Origin: Macrostomum lignano
Lineage: Eukaryota
DNA: 64,000 nucleotides
Assembly: GCA_002269645.1 (NCBI GenBank)
Contig: NIVC01001937.1
Coordinates: 124,001-188,000 of the forward strand
Direction of reading: 5' to 3'
Shown here: in pieces, positions 48,149-64,000 of the stretch
Layout: each line of letters opens with the position of its first letter
Position numbering within the stretch: position 1 is the stretch's first letter
Notes under the pieces: model-generated
The model's input: the letters and a program-made list of their open reading frames with translations, nothing else
Databases searched by the model: none
What the model was told of the DNA's origin: nothing
Program-made: the position numbers and the translations under genes

Positions 48149-48783
48149 ATGTCCAACGTTTTCTTCGATATCACCACCAACGGCCAGCCTTTGGGCAGGA
48201 TTGTTTTCAAACTGTATGATGACCTTGTCCCAAAGACAGCTGCGAACTTCAGGTGCCTCTGCACTGGCGAGAAAGGCATGGGCAGTAAGTGTAATTTATA
48301 TTGCTGTTTACTCCTGAGTTTGTTTTTTACTTCAAACTTAAAAGTTCAAATGTGTCTAGATTAGCCATATTATTACTCCTTGACAGTTCACGCGATATTT
48401 TAGCTGCTTCCAAATATGCATGTGCATGTAATAATAGAATTGAAAAAAAAACAAGTCTGTACTTGAACTTTACTGCAAACTTGTGGCTGCTTCAATCCAT
48501 CGCGGCAGAGTACATTATGGTGGTTTGATGTTTATTTAGAATGTTAAGATTGACACTGGAAGAATTCATCTGCCTCACCTTTTCAGAGAGCGGCAAGCCG
48601 CTGCACTACAAGGGAAGCGGCTTCCACCGCATCATTCCCCAGTTCATGTGCCAGGGCGGTGACTTCACCCGCGGCAACGGCACCGGCGGCGAGTCCATCT
48701 ACGGCGAGAAGTTCGAGGACGAGAAATTCGCCAAGAAGCACGAGAAGCCCTTCCTGCTGTCTATGGCCAATGCCGGCCCGAAC

Positions 48784-48815
<32 letters not shown>

Positions 48816-48960
48816 GAGCACTCCGTGGCTCGATGGCAAGCACGTTGTATTCGGCGAGGTGATCTCTGGCGACGATGTGGTGAAGAAGATGGAGGCTCTC
48901 GGCAGCCAGAGCGGCAAGCCGTCCAAGACGGTGGTGATCGCCGACTGTGGCACCTGCTAA
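48149..48960 (+). CDS. PPIA: Cyclophilin A-type peptidyl-prolyl isomerase, divergent-loop class, copy 2; exons 48149-48284 and 48587-48960 (169 aa)
   Basis: Same motifs and intron position as copy 1. Exon 2 differs at one position (AGG/AAG, R/K). Confidence 0.96.
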
Positions 48961-49242
48961 GCCAGTTTGGTTGAAGTTGAACGAACCCGTTTAAGGGAGT
49001 TCAGGAATGACGATGTTTATTGATGAAAGTGTACGGATGTGTTGTGACACCAGATAAGGCTCTCTCGGTGTTAATGCTCTTATTTTTACTACTAATTATT
49101 GCTGTTAAGCCAATTTATAACTTCACCCTTCAGTGTATTGCAACCTACTAATGTCCAACTCTGAACTTGTTCATTCAGGGCGCCTTCATAGCGCTTGCTA
49201 ATTCAGCCCAGTGGTTTTTTCGACTTACAGTTTGATAAAAAT

Positions 49243-49252
49243 AATAAATAAA
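49243..49252 (+). terminator. Overlapping AATAAA polyadenylation signals of cyclophilin copy 2
   Basis: AATAAATAAA ~285 bp after the stop, followed by T/GT-rich sequence. Confidence 0.5.
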
Positions 49253-49759
49253 CACTGCACTCAGTTCTGTCTGTCTGCTAAGTGTAATTTTATCTGCCTT
49301 TTGGTGTATTTTCTTCTTAGGAAAGATTTTGTTGTTAGATTAGTAATGTAATCCAGTCGGAATGTATACATTGGTGTTAGTGAACTGGCTAGCTTACTGC
49401 CAGTAGTGTGGTCAGATAAACTTTTTTAGACTATCCATTTTCTGCCTATTACAGGCTTACACATGCAGTAAAATGGCAGTAGTATGAAAATGAAAATGGG
49501 ACCCTCAAATGTAAAAGTGAAGGTTAACTTCCGAATTCTTTAAATTAATGAATCGAATCTGCCGACTGATTTTGTGAGTATTGACAGGGATGGGAGTGTA
49601 AGACGTGAAACACCCTAATCGTTATCATCACTTGCCATTCATTTTAATGACTATCATCACTTATACATGAGCGTGTGTGGGAAGCATTTCATACAACTGT
49701 CTCATCGTCGGAGTTCTTGCTATAAAAAGTACATGTAGTCACGCCACTGCGCATGCGTA

Positions 49760-50726
49760 CTTCGGGTGTGTCATAAGTAATGTCACTAATGTGAAAACAG
49801 ACGAACTTGCAATCGCAGATGAACAAAACTGTACCACTCAACAACATAGAGTCCCCCAATATTAATCACCCTCTGGCAGTGCTCATACAGCTTGTCCACC
49901 TCAGCCTGCAGGTGTTTTTCCTCCAACTGCCATAACCAGTGCAACGCGGCCTGTTTTACCTCTTCATGGTTTGCGAAACTCTTCTTGGAAAAGTCAGCCT
50001 TCAGCCATTTGAACAGAAATCTCTTGCAAAAGTTGAAGTCTGGGCTGTAGGGACTGTCAGAGCATATTCACTTGCCGTGCAGGCAGAAAATTCGAAACAG
50101 CCTTCAGGTGTGCAGCCGTGCGGTGTCCATCTGCCACAGAACCTCGTCCAGGTGACATGGATTTGACCGGAGAGTGCACCAGAGGTCTCCAGTGTGCCGG
50201 AAAAAGTCGATAAAGTACTGGCCATCGACCTTGGTGTTCGGTGGAGTTGTGCAGATGGAGACTCGTTTGTTTGGCGTGAAGGCTACCAGCAGCATGGTCT
50301 TCTTGTCCGAGATGGACTTCCTAGTCACCATCGGCCTGAAGTCCCCAACTCCCAACCAGCAGCGATTATCTGCCTTGCTGCCCTTGCCATCCAGATGGAG
50401 CCAGCTTTCATCCTCAGCAACCAGGCAGTTTAGGATGTCATTCAAGCCCCGGCTGCTAAACACCTTGCGGATCTGCTTGGTGCAGGCGTCTTGTCAAGAT
50501 TCAAGATGATTTTTGTTCGCTGCATAGACGATTTTTCATCGCGTTGCACTTGCTAAATCTGCTTGGCGTATTCTTGCGATAGCTTGGGCCATAAACAACC
50601 TATGCACGTCTCAAATGCACTGCTATTGCTTCACTAAGTATACTTTGCAGCTACACTACCCACAAGTCCATGTGCCTACATATTTTAGACAGGCCTGCAG
50701 TGACATTACTTATGACACACCCGAAG
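49760..50726 (-). mobile_element. Internally deleted mariner-family DNA transposon (967 bp)
   Basis: TACTTCGGGTGTGTCATAAGTAATGTCACT (49758-49787) is a perfect 30/30 reverse complement of 50699-50728, including the TA TSD. The minus strand has LVAEDESW (D1), WQMDTARLHT (D2) and PYSPDFN, with in-frame stops and no third Asp. Confidence 0.9.
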
Positions 50727-51099
50727 TACATTATCTCTCGTGCAACTTAAACGATTTCAATAATGTAAATGTTCAAGCTTGTTCCAAGCCCATTAGATTT
50801 TAAGCTTGTGAACTAAAAACTTGAGCTTCTGTAGTGAAATTTTGAGCTTACGAATACATGTACACGTACATGTAGCTTCGAGCTAATGAAGTTAGGCATT
50901 ATTACATGTACAGCACAATAATAAAAGTGGTGAGAACAAAAAGCAACACAATTGATTGGGCAATAGCAACAATTCTATTTGTGCGTCCCAGAATGGACTT
51001 GCACAAAAACTTTTCTTCGCTTCGGATATACAAGCCGTACTAATAGAGCGGCAACAGTCGATTGTGTGTATATATAGTTCCTGCTGATCATGCGTGCGC

Positions 51100-60444
<9,345 letters not shown>

Positions 60445-61437
60445 CTTTGCGATAGCTTGGAGTCTCTGCTGGTGTGGCCTCTCCTTGAGTCGGTAAGGCG
60501 TCTCCTCGCCAATGCCCGGCTAAATAAAAGCCAGAAAGGAGACGCATCGCCGGCCTCCGCTGCTTGGCCGGCTGCTCGGACAGCGCGAAGCTGCCGTGGC
60601 CAATTAGCGAGGAGGTGACGGCCGGCCGAGAAAGTGAGAAAGTGGCTGCTGCTCGAGCTTGCTGACCCCCGAGTTTCCGCGTTTATTTTTCTTTCTCTGT
60701 CCGAATCCCATCTTATCCTGGGAAAGGGAAGCGGATTGACTGAATCATCCTATCGGACAGGCGCCCCTCTGGCGTTTTGAGATGCGGCCCAACCTTTTTG
60801 AGCATTCGGATTCTGCCTGCATCCTGCGATAGTCAGATGGGCAAAGCTTCAGGGCTCACCTCCAGACGCGGCCATCGTTATTTCATAGCTGTCTGTCTTT
60901 GTCCATTTTCCCTAAAGAAAATCAACTTAGTGTCTATTCTAGGGTATATATGAGTTCCGAAATGAGCCCGGAGCTGCTAGAGGCGTCTTATCATAGGACC
61001 GAATCGTTGGAAAAACCAATTATGACGGCGAAATTGATAAAGCGGTCTGCTTCCCGGGGAGAGGCTGGTTCCAGTGGGAGGAAGGCTTTCTCTGCTGATG
61101 TGCACTCAGATGAGTTTTAGCTCACATACAATTCGTACGCTTTAATCCCATAGAATGGAGTAAATGCGGTTTTTCAAGAACAAAAAATTCCGTTACAACA
61201 ATCTCACGAAGGAAGGGAATATCAATATGCCAGGGTGTTGGCGCTATATGCGATCAAACAGATCGGAAAGGTGCAGCAGCAATTGCCATAGACAGCTGGC
61301 TGGAACACATTGGCTGCTACTGCTTTATTTAGATAGACAATTACTTGTGCAGTTAAACACACTGAGAATTTCCAGCGCAACCTTTCACTTCCTTGGCCAA
61401 AATTGCTGCGAAGACGAAATAGCGCTAATAGCACTCA

Positions 61438-63242
61438 ATGAGGGAGCTGGAAGAGGCCAGTAATGAAGGTCATCGTAGCTCTGACGGAGAAGTGACGGAG
61501 CCAACGGAAGATGCCATTCCAGAGGCGGAGCCGACCTCTATGCACAACAACCCTAATCAGGACGCGAACAGCCAAGCTAAGCTAGGCGCTACAAGTGGCC
61601 GGAAGCAGACCGAACGGGAAGATAATTTAGCAGGCGCAGAGAAAAAATCAGACAACAAAATCACCTACGAAATCAGGAAAAAGCCGACAAACAGCATCGT
61701 TTTAGAAAATTTCAACTCACACGAGGCGGTGAACGGAAACAAAGATGACAAAGCGCCGTTCGACATGGTGAAAAGTGAGGCAACTTATCTGGAATGGCTG
61801 GAGTTGGAGTCGCGGCTATTCCCGGTCAGATATTACCGTGAGCAGCACACAAAGGCGCAGCAGAAATATAACATTGTGCGCGTGCTAGGACAAGGCGGAT
61901 TTGGTCTTGTGCTGCTGGTGAATGTTGAGAAAGGCGGCCCACTGTACGCTATGAAGGTCATGTCGAAAGAGAAGATCAAGGAGAAGAAAATGATCAAGTA
62001 CATTATTGGAGAGCGCAGAGCACTGTCTGCTGTTCACCACCCGCTCATCATGTCGCTAATTGACAAGCTGAAGGACAACTCAAACGTTTACATAATCATG
62101 CCCTTCATTGAGTGCGGCGACTTATTTCGTCTCATGCTTTCTACTCGGTTGAAGCGATTCAGCTACGAGGAGGCAAAGTTCTATGTGGCTCAGGTGCTTC
62201 TAGCATTCGAGTATCTGCATAAGATGCGGGTCGTTTACAGGGACCTGAAGCCAGAGAATCTGATGCTGGACAGGTCAGGCTACGTGCAGCTGGCCGACTT
62301 GGGGTTTGCTAAACTGCTGGACGCTAACAGAGGTGAGCGCACGGATAAAACTGTTTGGGGCAATGCCTGCATGTATGTCAAAAGCTGTTTACCGCAGTGA
62401 ATGAACGCCTACGAGGTAAATACAGAAATGCGGCTGCGGTGTCGCGAAGATTAGATGTCGCTAGGTGACGTTTAGAACGCACTGAGTGTGAGATCATCAC
62501 ACAAAAAGCTGATATGCTGGCGTCACCGGAAAGAGAAATCGCAAGCAAAAATCCAAGCTTCCCTTTATTTGAAAATAGAATAGTTTGACGTTTCTTTCTT
62601 GGTTCCATTTTTGTTTGGGTGCAAATTTGCTGTGAAGGGTAGAATTTCTGTATAAGCAAATGCATCCTTAGCCTGGGTGAAAAAATTAAAAATTAATTTT
62701 GATTAAAATACAATCAATCGTCTAGCTGAATTTTTCATACCCTGTACAATCCAGAGCGAACCTACAGCACCCTGGGCACGCCGGACTACATGGCGCCTGA
62801 GATTTTCTCGGCAAAGAACTGCGGCTACAGCTTCTCCGTGGATTGGTGGACAACAGGCTGTCTGTTGTACGAGTTCATGGTTGGATTTCCGCCATTCCAC
62901 ACTCCCGATGGAAACACGATGAACGTGATTAAGAAAATAATGACGTCAGAGGTTCAGTTTCCAAACTTCATTAAGCCCGACGCCAAAGATCTTGTAAGCT
63001 GCTTGTGCCAGAAGAACCCACACAAACGCCTGGGCTGCCAGAAGACGGGAGCAGCAGCTATCAGGGAGCACCCGTTCTTTCAAGACATTGACTTCGTCCG
63101 TGTCTTCCACAGGCAGCTGCCTGCGCCGCACAAGCCGACTAGCAAAGATGACAAGACGTTCTACACTGGACGGCCAGTTCCGAAGAATGTGATCAAAATC
63201 AGCAGGACCATGCGCTTCAATACGATGTTCAAGGAGTTTTGA
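61438..63242 (+). CDS. Divergent cAMP-dependent protein kinase catalytic subunit-like (AGC) kinase; exons 61438-62332 and 62755-63242
   Basis: LGQGGFGLV, YAMK, YRDLKPEN, DLGFAK, then across a phase-1 GT-AG intron RERTYSTLGTPDYMAPE, VDWW, GFPPF, and a PKA-type terminal F-x-x-F (MFKEF*). The first ~140 aa are low-complexity and the start codon is uncertain. Confidence 0.9.
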
Positions 63243-64000
63243 CTTGACGCATGCTCGTATTATTTTGTCAATATTTTTTAATTTCACTCAGAAGGACTGC
63301 ATCGCATGCAATAGCTATGATGCATTGACACTTTAACAAAAACGTCATGTGTTCACTGCCAGATCGACAGCCTATGTTACTATATTTAACTTCCTGAAAC
63401 CACGCAAACAGCATTCTTTCACGCAGCTTTGAGTGTATTTCATTTGTACATAACGTCTTTATTATTGTGTTACGCCGTCAAAGAATGCCTAAGAGTATTT
63501 TCCCTGTGGTAAGAATAGTAAAAATATTTAGCTAAAATAAGTGAACTCATTCGAACAGTTCCTACAACATAAATCTCTCGACAATCTGAATGCGCCAGAA
63601 TGTTTCCAGTCTCTTGTTACCTTCTTCTGGAATTTGGTACGTTGATCAAGTGGGTTGCAGCACTGACTTGCGGCACGTGGATGTTAAAACAATATGCCTT
63701 CTCTTAATCGCGTCGAAAGCTCGAATAGGCGATCCGAGTGTAGAAAAAGGAAAAAGAGATTCACTTAGGACCCGAAAGTGCATAAGAATCGAGGGTCATC
63801 TTCTCAAGGACTCTAGAATCAGTAAAGTCAAACAAAGTTTTTGAGAAGGAATAACGTATACCATTTCTGTGATAGCACTTATCAAAACTGGACATCATCG
63901 GAGCACAAGAAACAGACCTGGATGGGATGGATGTCCCGGCGTTTCTAGTCCGACAAGTTACCAATTGAAGTAGGTTTGGTCGGCTTCATTCCAGTCCTGA

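Overview
This is eukaryotic, intron-rich, repeat-dense animal DNA. GC3-rich exons, GT-AG introns and very abundant private minisatellites resemble a macrostomid flatworm such as Macrostomum (inference only). Supported genes: a 12-exon TRAPPC10 (+, 687-10773, 5' start not seen, C-terminal domain apparently missing), a two-exon Frizzled-4-like receptor (-), two tandem divergent-loop cyclophilin A genes with a gene-conversion signature, and a divergent PKA catalytic-subunit-like kinase (+). A hand-assembled three-exon candidate secreted peptide or neuropeptide precursor (-, 51100-60444) is split across three short exons and is not called as a single ORF by the track. Intergenic and intronic space holds many tandem arrays and transposon relics: mariner with perfect TIRs and TA TSD, Crypton, Tc1, RTE, BEL, a MIR-like CORE-SINE, and Harbinger-like and hAT-like MITEs. 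The most unusual item is a 298-bp element with a perfect 14-bp TIR and 8-bp TSD (56585-56882). It carries a ~64-nt piece of 28S rRNA centred on the R2/Pokey/I-PpoI target site, scrambled exactly at the cut site. All alignments were made by eye against remembered family consensus sequences; no database search was run.
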